A program made the translations under genes and the position numbers. Under the pieces are notes generated by a model, which saw only the letters and a program-made list of their open reading frames with translations, had not been told where the DNA came from and made no database searches. Below, piece by piece: positions 41,822 through 52,719 of a stretch of DNA of 64,000 bases; the stretch's first letter is position 1, and every line of letters begins with the position of its first letter. The DNA comes from Azolla caroliniana (taxonomy: Eukaryota; Plantae; Polypodiophyta): NCBI GenBank assembly GCA_043228905.1, contig JBHGNT010000022.1:9734001-9798000 (forward strand). The letters run 5' to 3'.

Positions 41822-41877
41822 ACGAAGAGGAAAGGACCACGAGTCTGTCTGAAGACTCGAGAGTCCAAGAAAAAAAA

Positions 41878-44800
41878 ATGTTGCCTACCACCGTTAACGA
41901 TGCTGCATATAACAACGCCAAGGTTCGCAGAAGATCCAACCTTCAGGTATTTCATCTGATGACTGGTTTTGTGCATCTCACTCTCTCATCCCTCTAAATC
42001 TTTGATCATATCATATCGGATCAGATCTGATCTGAATTTTGGGTTCTCGATTCACTGATTAATGATAAGAGAATTCCATCGTGAGTATATGATCTGATGG
42101 AAGAATTTCACCATAGTATGCCGTGCATCAAAATGAAGCAGCTGTTGAGAATTCTCGTTTCATTTATATGAAGGATTTCTAGTCTTTTTTGGATCATATC
42201 AAATCTAGAATTTGTCCTCAATTCATGATTCTTAAGGAGAATCTCGTCATAGGGATGTAAAGTTTTCATACATTGTGAGGAAACATCTTTGTAGTTTTAG
42301 TTATTGGCTGTTGGTTACACGTCAACAATTCTCATGATATTATGAGAAGTAAGAAAAGCTAAGTCGTTTCTGCTCTGCAGGGCATGACATGATCTAGAAA
42401 TGTTGGGAATTCATTGTATCTGCTGAAAATTTCTAATCCTAAGCATGCATGCGAATCCTTCATCAGAAAGAATATTTTCTGGCCTTCCATTCTCTTGGTC
42501 GTTACAAGATCTAGAGCTGGCTCTTTGTTCATTTGTATGATGATTATCCATAAAATGGAGGATGTTCTTACGCATCTTTCCTGCGGGATCTTAATGTTTT
42601 CTGTTCCGTACATTGTCATGGCGAGATCTACAATTTCTTCTTTAATTCATTGCATCTGATAAAGATTTTCATGATGATTCGCCCAATGGAAGCTTTTCTT
42701 AACACTTTCTGTTCTTTTTGTGAGAATTGGTCCTGAATTCATAGATTCTGAAGAAAAAACGTATAATAAGTATGTGAGACCCTCTTCATCAAGAAGATTT
42801 TCTTAGTCTTTTCTGCTGTATAGGTTATTACGAGATCTAAAGCTGGTTTATAATTTATCATGCCATCAAAAAAGAAACTATTTTATTGATATTTTATGTT
42901 CCCAAGATCGTAACAAGATTTAGGATGAATGCATCATTTCTGACACAGCACTTCATCAAAATTATGTACATACTTCTTAAACACGAAATTTTCCGACTCT
43001 TTTCTGTGGTTTAGGTCATGTCAAGATCGATGCTGAGCAGTGCTTCACGATGCAACTGTGGATCTTGTGGTATTGGCTGGGTTTTAGGCTTTCTACTGGT
43101 AACAGGCTTGTTCTACCTGACTATACTACATACCTCTGATCATACAAAGTCATTGAGATCTCTACAAAGCTTCACAGGAAAAAGATCAGATGGTAAAGAT
43201 CAAGTAATGCTAACGGAAGAGCCAGGAAAGCTCATTAAGAACATTCTAGAAAAGAAGCCACCTCGTTTACCTCCACGAATAACCAACTTCATTGGAATCA
43301 ATAATCAACCTAATAATGGGACCAATGCTGATGTGGGTCAAAGACACATGGAAATGATGACAATGAAGCAGAAGAAAACGGCTGTGAACCTTCTGTGGGA
43401 GAATAGGCAAACAAAGGTTGTGGAAGCATTTAGGCATGCATGGAATGGTTATAAAGGATATGCTATGGGGTATGATGAGCTGAAGCCAGTTAGCCGATCA
43501 GGCACAGATGGACTAGGAGGATTAGGAGCCACAGTGGTCGATGCGCTCGATACTGCCATGATAATGGGGCTCAATGATGTGGTTATGGAGGCTGGTTCTT
43601 GGATTGAGAAGGAGCTTTTCACGAGGATAACAAGCAAAGGACAAGTGAACTTGTTCGAGACCACTATCCGTGTTCTTGGAGGACTTTTAAGTGCTTATCA
43701 TCTCAGTGGAGGTCATAGCAACTACACAAGCAATGGAGGAAATAGTGAGCAAAGTTTAGTAACAGTGAAGGGGCCAAAACCTGAGGTTTATCTTGAGCTT
43801 GCGAAAGCTTTGGCCGATAGATTAATGTCTGCTTTCACTTCAAGCCCTACTGTTATCCCATATTCGGATGTTGTTTTGAGATCAAATTCTGCCCATCCTG
43901 CCATGGGGGATGGTGGTGCAAGTAGCACCTCAGAAGTGACCACTCTTCAGCTCGAATTCGGATATCTTAGTGAGGTTTCTGGGGACCCAAAATATGAAAC
44001 GGCTGCGATGCGTGTATTGGAATATTTCAAAGGCCTTCCAAAAACTGATGGATTGGTTCCTATCTACATAAGGTACATTATGCAATTCAACATTTGGGAA
44101 CTTCGTTTCTTGGAATTCCTTTTTATATGTGAAATAAATTATTAGAATAGATGAGAAATTTGTAGGAAGATTCCCAAACTTCATATTAACTTTCAAGGAA
44201 ATTGTTTCCTCCGTAGATATTTGCATTGTCCAAGCTCAAGATTTCATCCACCTTTTTTGTGACGAATGATACCTTTTTCCAAACCAGTGGGTACATGGCA
44301 TGAAAGAACAATGCATCTTATCACATCACAATTTGATTAGATGTGTCAATGTTTACCATGACAATGACTTTTGATTGCCAAACGGATCATATGAATGAGT
44401 TTCTCGTTAGTTTCATCGTTCTTTATGTATATCTCTATGGTTTGCATATTTTCATTCCAAAGGTGATCACATGTGTGATGCTTGTTACATCTTTAAATGC
44501 AGAACTTAAAAATAAATAGTTCATGTGTTTGATGGCCTTTATGTATATCTCTATGGTTTGCTGCTTGCAGCCCACACTCGGGACAATTCCAGGGTAGTAA
44601 TATCAGGCTTGGCTCACGTGGGGATAGCTACTATGAGTACTTGCTCAAAGTATGGCTCAGGAAAGGTGGGGCTACATCAGAGCATAGTTCAGTTAGTTTC
44701 CTGCGGGAAATGTATACAGAAGCTATGGAAGGCGTGAAGCGTCATTTAGTACAGAAGTCGAAACCAAAAGGCTTGACCTTTGTGGGTGAGCTTCCTGGCG

Positions 44801-45130
44801 GATTAGGGGCTGCGTTTAGTCCCAAGATGGACCATCTGGTAGCTATCTTCTCTCATTCATACTTTTTACATGTCTTGATTTCCTGGAGAAACTATGTATG
44901 TACATGCATACACACAAACACATGTTAGCAATTGTTTATTCAATGTATATGTGGGCCATACATTTATAAATATGTATCTATCTATGCATGTGTTATTATA
45001 TACATACTACGTCCATCCATCCATATTTATTTGTGTAAATGTGTGTAATAACAATTACATACATCGATATATATACACACACGCACACACACACACACAC
45101 ACACATGCATACACCCATCCACACCCATGT

Positions 45131-45162
<32 letters not shown>

Positions 45163-46758
45163 GTCTATGCATATGGTTGACTATTCAAGAGCTTTGATGT
45201 GGGAGGTAACATCGACTAATTATGGGTGGGTGAAGGTTTGCTTTTTGGCAGGAAACCTTGCTTTGGGTGCAACAAAGGGCTTGACAAAGCAGCAAGCAAT
45301 AGACAAGGGACTGTTTGATGCTCATGATGTAGAGAATTTTCAGCTTGCAGAAGATCTGGCAAAGACTTGCTATGAGATGTATGCAGTGACTGCCACAGGC
45401 CTTGCACCAGAAATTGTGTACTTCCATTTGGATGTATGTATGCATCCCTCCCCTCATGTTTACTCATCCTTTCGATTTTGTGAATATTATTGTTAAATGT
45501 CGAGGATGATAATGGATGGATGTATAGGAACCATTTCCTGAGGACTCTAGTGGAGGGAATCCAAATGCAGAATATAAAGAGGATATCATCATCCATGCTT
45601 TTGATCGCCACAATCTTTTACGTCCCGAAACTGTTGAGTCATTGCTGATCCTATTTCGAACTACCCAAGACCCCAAGTATGACTTATGTGACATATTTTT
45701 CTTTGCTGTGTTCACAAAATCAATGATGCTAGTCTCATGCTTGCTATGCCCACACAGCTAAACTTGATTAGGATTTGATAATAAGGCTAGAGCCAGGCAG
45801 ATCTCATTTTTATTGGCTTTATCTGAATAATCAATAGTAAGACTAGAGATATATTCGCTTGAATGTGAAATGTGGCTAAAAAATAGACCCATTTGCATGT
45901 GGACTGCTCTGTCCATACTGTGAGCAAGTGGCTATAGTAAGGGTAACGTTAGAACTATTTGCATGTGGATTGCTTTGTCCATACTTCAATCAAGAGTCTA
46001 TAATAAAGCTAAAGATAAGACCCATTTTGCATGTGGATGGCGTTGTTCATATCTTGATTAGAAGTAAATAGTAAGGCTAAGAGATACGTCCATTTGCATG
46101 AGATGGCGTTGTCCCTATCATCATTACAAATCACTAATAAGATTAGAGATAGGCCCATATGCCGGGGGATTACTTTTTCCATACCTTGATTGAGAGTCAA
46201 TGATAAGGCTAGAGATGGCTTTGTCCATGCATGTAAGAGCTGTAGCCCAATGGTCAACTGCTCTGTTGTGTAGATTCATTCATTCAATTTCAAATTTACT
46301 TCTTCTAAGGTACAAGATAATACTAAACCCTCAATGCTCATATAGCATGAATCTAACTAAGCTTTTTGGCTAGCCAATGGATCTCTGCTCAGGCGCAGTG
46401 TAGAGTTAGTTAATGTCTCACATTACTTGCTTTATTGTTGGATTCTAGATTAATTTCATTATTTGCGATTACAATTCCATCAATGTCCCATATATGCAGG
46501 TATAGAGATTGGGGATGGAACATTTTTCAAGCATTTGAGAAGCACACAAGAGTTGATACTGGTGGGTTTACTTCCCTTGATGACGTGACAGTTATTCCCG
46601 CTCGGAAAAGAGACAAGATGGAGACTTTCTTTCTCGGGGAAACCTTGAAATACATCTACCTCTTATTTGGGGATAGCTCTACACTTCCTTTGGATAAGTA
46701 TGTATTCAATACAGAAGCTCATCCCCTTCCGATCGCCTCTGTAACTGCAGTCCAATAA
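41878..46758 (+). CDS. MNS3: Class I alpha-1,2-mannosidase (GH47), MNS3-type, 6 exons
   Basis: Exons 41878-41946, 43015-44072, 44571-44838, 45236-45433, 45528-45676, 46500-46758. N-terminus [20 protein letters not shown] resembles the Arabidopsis MNS3 tail; type II TM segment. GH47 motifs [79 protein letters not shown]. Confidence 0.95.
45780..46230. repeat. Degenerate tandem repeat (about 65-bp units) in MNS3 intron 5
   Basis: Recurring aataaggctagaga...ccatttgcatgtgga...ttgtccata motifs. Confidence 0.7.
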
Positions 46759-47903
46759 TGAAGAAGCTACTTGGCACATAAATCAAAACAAAACCTTATA
46801 TGCTCAATCACATTGGATCAAAGGAAAGTTCCAAGTTTTGTTGCATAACGAAAAGTGCGTGGATTGGGTTTCGGCAACCTTTTCAAGATTGTGAAAAATC
46901 TTGTCGAGTTCTGATCGAGTAATAGCAGACGAGATATTTGGCGAGATTCATTCCATGACCGTTTTTGAGGAGTTTTACGTAGTAGAGGCTTAAACTACAA
47001 GAATGACTTGTAAAAAAAAGAGGCACTTGTCAAATATTGTTTATTATTTTATTAAGGCAATGTTGTAACTACCGAGCGGCAATGTTGTAATTACCAAGCA
47101 AACAATAGATGTAGCAACTTAAATTTAAATAAATGATTATTGCCATGATATAATATGTAAAAGGGCCATTATAAGATAAGGAGTGTAGTACGAAAATTGC
47201 AGCAAACATTTTAATGCCTTACAACCCTTCCAACAACAACATAAATACCCACTTGGAGCTCTCGAGTGTATTGTACATACATGATTGCAAGTAGAATTGT
47301 CCATGTAGCAAAGGATATCCACATGCTTTCACATAGGATTCAATTTATGTAAATTTTAGACAATGAAAGGTTGGCATTGGTCTGAGTAATGTGTGTCGTT
47401 TAAACACTGATAAGCTTAACAACATTTTGTACCTATTGTGTTATCAAAATTGTGATTTCCATGTTAATTTTCACCACCAGATTGGAATAGTCATGTTGTT
47501 GATTCAAAATGTTTGGAGGTGCATATTAACATTTAGCCTTAAAATGCTTGGTGTACAATATAGTAGAGCATGTGCAATGCGAAAATGATCCATTAGTTAT
47601 AACATAATTTTCTCCTTGCATGTATCTAAGGCTTCAAGTCGTCTCTTATCAAATGGATGGGCTGCTTCATAGTCAATTTCATGGATAGAACCTTATGGAA
47701 GGTTTCTTAAGCAATTTGTGTGACGTTTCCCTCACATTAGTTGGTAGGTAGTTCACATACATTATATGAGACCCTCACGGTATCAATTCCGATGAGTCAA
47801 TCTCATTGGTATAAGGTGATACAAGAAGTTCAAAGAATGATAATTTGCTATACTAGACTCTGATGAGTAGATCTCTTTGGTATAAGTTAATCCCTGTATG
47901 AAA

Positions 47904-50900
47904 TGTTAGAAATAGTGCTTGACCACAACTGAGTCCCAATCACACAATGGGAGAAACAGAAATACCGAAATAAGACGACACAAAATATTAATGTGGAAAA
48001 CCCTAATCGGGAAAAACCACAGGAGCCCACAGACTCCGAAGAAGATCACTATAGAGAAGAGGTACAATTGTGTGAGACTTAGAGGCAATGACCTCGACCT
48101 CTACCTTTGCCAACCGACGGTTACAACAACAAAAGCTCTCTCTCTCTCTCTCTCTAACGCTGCTGCCAACGACTCTTTCTGTCGCTTACCGTCGTCACCA
48201 TCTATAGCCGCCGTCGTAGCCGTCGCTGTTGCCGCTACCGCCATTTGTAGTGGCCGCTACTGCCGTCGTTGTTGTCGTTGTCGCTGCCCCCACTGTCATC
48301 GTCGTCGCTACCGTCGTCGTTGCCGTCGTCATGTTATGTCGCGTTTGCCGCCATCGTCGTTTGCCGCCGCCATTGTTTGGTTTGTAGTCGTTGCCGCTAT
48401 TGTCGTTGTCGATCGCCGCTGTCACTTACACTTCTGACGACGACGTCGGTTGATAAACAAGAGAGTATAAATGTGCTTCTACACTTGTACCTAGCGCACA
48501 AGGCACCGATGCTCGGCTAAGTTTTCTGTCATTTTTGTGTTTTCTTTCTTTTATCTTTTGAATTACAACATGTCTTCTAGACGAAACCATAAGGAAACAC
48601 ACGAAGAAATTATACGCAAGGAAGATTTTTTAGATGTCCCTAACCGTTTAGTTAAAATAGAAAAATGGGCGAAAGAGATTGAAGTTGAAAAACAAAAAGA
48701 TAAGGAAGAAAAAGAAGTGCTTATTGTTGAAATAACGAAACTTAAAGTAGACAACACGAACCTTCAAAAACAAGTTAAGGACCTCGAGACATCTAGGGAA
48801 GATGGTGAAATATCTTCCCTAGAGGATATTAAGGACGAGATAAAAAAGGTTAAGGAAGAGGTTAAAAGCGATATGGAATTAGCAAAAACTGGATGGGTTG
48901 ATGTAGTAAAACGTAATATTAAAAAGGAACTAAAGGATGAAAATATTGTAAACACTACCCTTGAGGATGAAAAAATGCGTCAAGCTCGACGCCTAAATGT
49001 ACAAGTTACTGGGCTCAAGGAAGGGGCATCTCTCAACGAAGATGCACAAATATTAGGGAAAATGTTGGGGTACGAAGCCCTACCAATCACTAAAACTTGG
49101 AGGGTAGGACGTGACACCACTAGGAAAAGAGTTTTGGTCCTTCAATTTAAGGACTCAGAATCTAGAATCACATTTTTTAAAAAGAGACCAATTCTTCAAG
49201 GATTGGGTCTACCTGGATGAAGACATGACCAAGATGCAAATTGAGCATCGTAAAACTTGTATGCCGTGAGTCATACAAGCTTGTAAAGAGGGGCATCGTG
49301 CTTTTTACCGAGATGGACGTGTGATAATAAATGATCGTGCCGCCAATTGACGGCTTGTGGCCCATGTGACAGACAATAAACTTAGGATGACTTTATGGAA
49401 CTGTAACGGTAACACGTTCGCGTTCACAAGTGGACGGATCGCGCACAAATGGAAGGATAAGGAGTATTCTGTTTGATTTTGGGGCTTTTTTGCCATTTCA
49501 CAAAACACCTTGATACCAGTATCACATGTTCTCAAAAACTTGATGAAAAAGCTAAAATTTTCACCATTTGGTAAAATTGAAAAAGGCCAAAATTTGGCCA
49601 AATACGAAAAGTAACTTTGTGTATTTTTAAGGAGAAATTACAACTAGTAGTATTTTAGATCCTAACGAAATCATAAGTGAAAGATTTCAGAACAAACAAC
49701 TTTTTATTTTATTTGATAAAATGTTGTCTAAATTTCTTACATATTGTTGCACAAAAAATACATTTAGGAATTATTTGCATCACTATCATCATTCCTTTCA
49801 TGAGAATCACTACTATAGCTAATATACAATTGTGACTCTTCCTCCTCATTTTCAAATGTACCAATCAAATCATTATCTTCACTAAATGGTGTGTCCAAAT
49901 TGTGTGCACTAAATCTTGTTCGCCTTCAATATGAGATATCTTTTAGTCTTGGTAATATGTTTTTTATTATGTCTATCGTTGTCTTCCTTAAACATCCAAC
50001 TTTTGTTAGTGTAAAGTCATACACAATGATATCCACCTCACTAATGTCAATGATAGATGTATTACAAAAGTTTAATGCATCACCACTTCCAAAACTTTAC
50101 CAATGCAGAATTGGTGCCCTAGGTGATGGCCATCTACATGTGTAGTTATTAATATCCACACCTTGAGTTCTTGCAAGTTTCCTTGTCACCTGAGTTATGC
50201 TCGTGTTATCATCCTTAGTTCCACGTAAATGTTTCTCTGTTGTAGATGAACCAAACTATGAAGATCAACATTAAGTGCTTGAAGTGGTGATTAAGACCCA
50301 CGAGAATATTTTATACACCACGTAAATGGCATTTGCAAGGTTCAATTACCATCAACACAATTATTAATGGTTTTTTGTTAAGCAATGAAGCACATGTTTA
50401 CCATAAGGTGTCTTGTTCAACATACTTCTTTGCAGTATCGATATGCATCTTTTTCTCTTGTAAAAACAGAGATTTTAGTACAATTTGAGTTAATGTAAAC
50501 CCTAAACCTCTTTTATTTGAAAAAAAAGAAGATTTCTAAACATGAGCTCCATACATTATATCGAGTTGATGTAAAAAACAGAGTTTTGATCACAATTACA
50601 TGCAATGTATCAAATTCATGTTCAAAGTTTTTTACTCGGATTTAAAAAAATAAAAAAATAAAAAATTTGAGCTTGAGTTGATGAAAAAACCAGTTTTTTC
50701 ACCACAATTCAATACAATGTATAGAGTTCATGTTTAAAGTAATTTTTTAATTTTTTTTTGATATTTTATTTATTTATTGTTAATTGTTTTTTTGGAAAAA
50801 AAAACTTTAAACATGAATTCGATACATTGTATCGACTTGTGATGAAAACTCTAGTTTTTTCATCAATTCAAAAAATAATTTAAAAAAAAACAAAAAGACC

Positions 50901-51990
50901 CAAATTAATAACCTACCTCCCCTTAAGTACAACCGATCAAACTCTAATCTCTCATGAAGACCGTAATAAAGTGATACGCCAAGAAATATGGAAAATTTAC
51001 ACTCGATATAAATGGATCACCCCACGATAGCCACTCCCATCTAAAATGGTGTACTATAATGAACACTTCTTACACTTCTCTAAGTTAGGTTTTATTACAT
51101 GACTAAGATATCTAGATAAATTCTTATCAAATGCACTAAGGGTGGCCATTGGACAACTTAGGATATCATCTCACCAACTTGAGATTGAGAATAGTCGGGC
51201 TAATAGAGTCCCTAGAGAGGAAAGGCTATGTAGGTTATGCCACATAGAGATAGAGGATGAGTATCACTTCACATGCAACTGCCCAACTTATGCCAAGATA
51301 CGGGCGGAATACCAAGACATATTAGGACCCTGTCCCACCCTCTCCAAACTATTAGATACCCCGGATGTAAAGAGACTAGGTAGGTATATTTTAGAGCTAA
51401 AACAACATAGGGAGAATAAATTACAAAGTGTTAACCATAACCCTTTCACTATTCATCAACATGTAACTAGTGTAATTTTTCAGGAACAAGGGGAGACGAT
51501 GAATGTGGATACACTTACGCCGCTCGACCTCTCTATTGAGGAAGCAAAAATGCAAAGAACAACCAAACGCCCTCGGATGTTGGGCTTCAAAACAAGTCGA
51601 CACGGAGTAGAAAAGATTAAGAATATAAGGGAACGAGAGCTACGTCGACTAGAAGCTATGATTGGGGTACCTTTTACATTGGGACCACGGGCCACATCCA
51701 CACCAAAACCCTTTGACCTCCCGCTTCTCTTAGAGAGACTTGGATGGAAATGAAATTAGGCCTAGTATAACATAATTTTCATTGTAGAACATGTTTTTTA
51801 TATAGAACATGTTTGTTATTTTACTAGAACTATTTAGCTCAAAACTCTATTTTTATCTTATTTTTATTTTTATTTTTCACTTTCGATGAATGGGTAATAT
51901 CCCATTTTTTGTTGTAAACCATTTGTCTCATGGGCCAATTTTGGCCTTAGAAGATGTTAATATATCACGTTAATATATCACGTTAATATA

Positions 51991-52039
<49 letters not shown>

Positions 52040-52276
52040 CACAACAACAATGATAACAACACCCACACACATAACAATATTGCCCTAGTTATATTTATAC
52101 TTATATAACTTTGGGTTATTACAAATATGACCTCAAACAGTCACATCAGAATATATATACATATACTAGTCTCTGGCCGGATACCAACCGGATCCATTTG
52201 ATCCGGTTCCGGATATCTTCCAGATCCGGTTCCTTCCTTCGGCTCGTCCGATTCTCATCCGGGTCCCATACCGTCA
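47904..52276 (-). mobile_element. Probable copia-type solo LTR interrupted by a LINE relic (about 48135-52040)
   Basis: Starts TGTTAG; contains gtggaaaaccct...gaaaaaccac, typical of reverse-oriented copia LTRs; resumes after 52040 and ends ...CCGTCA. Flanks tgaaa / taaaa form an imperfect TSD. Confidence 0.5.
48135..52037 (+). mobile_element. Internally deleted non-LTR retrotransposon (RTEX/L2-like; clade is inference)
   Basis: ORF1 from ATG 48570 (coiled coil, RRLNVQVTGLKE, RVGR..KRVLVLQFKD, frameshifted YLDEDMT). APE start LRMTLWNCNG at about 49381-49410. ORF2 C-terminus LRISSHQLEIE..RLCRLC..EDEYHFTCNC at 51142-51753. 3' tail of (GTTAATATATCAC)x3 plus (TG)n. Possible TSD acaacaacaa at 48123 and 52041. 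Confidence 0.75.
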
Positions 52277-52279
52277 TAA

Positions 52280-52700
52280 AAACATTGCTTTGGCCCCCAA
52301 CACCACCATGATTCACTCATCCTTAAAAAATAGAGAATTTGCTTCAATGACCACATCGACCATCTCGATTTATACCACCGAGAACCTGTACAAAAAAAAC
52401 CCAGAATGAGCTTACTCTCCTAATCCCCTCATGAAATTATGCTTCATCCCCGTACACCATCGTCATTCATCCTCTACATAAATGTGCTATCCTCATCCTC
52501 TCCAAGTTTCTTCGTTTTCCACATCAACCATCTGTGCAGTCCTATACAAACAAAAAAATAGAGTGAATGTGCTATCGCCATCCCCTCATGAAACATTGCT
52601 TCAGCCCCCAACAACACCATGTTTCTCTCATCCTTAAAAATAGACAATTCGCTTCAATGACCACATCAACCATCTCGATTTATACCATCGACAACTTGTA
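52280..52700. repeat. Direct repeat with about 311-bp period
   Basis: aaacattgctt...gcttcaatgaccacatc.accatctcgatttatacca at about 52280-52390 and 52591-52700. Confidence 0.8.
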
Positions 52701-52719
52701 TATAAAAAAAAAAAAAACT

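Noticed and set aside
41263-41976. Long ORFs rich in poly-F, poly-K or poly-S
   Set aside because: Artefacts of (GAA/TTC)n and A-rich tracts. The real coding exon is 41878-41946.
47780-47905. CTGATGAG motif suggestive of a hammerhead ribozyme
   Set aside because: No stem II closing onto GAAA and no supporting helices. It is part of a short local duplication.
47919-48520. Ala/Arg/Cys-rich ORFs
   Set aside because: They arise from a GTC/GCC low-complexity tract at the LINE relic's 5' end and show no domain signature.
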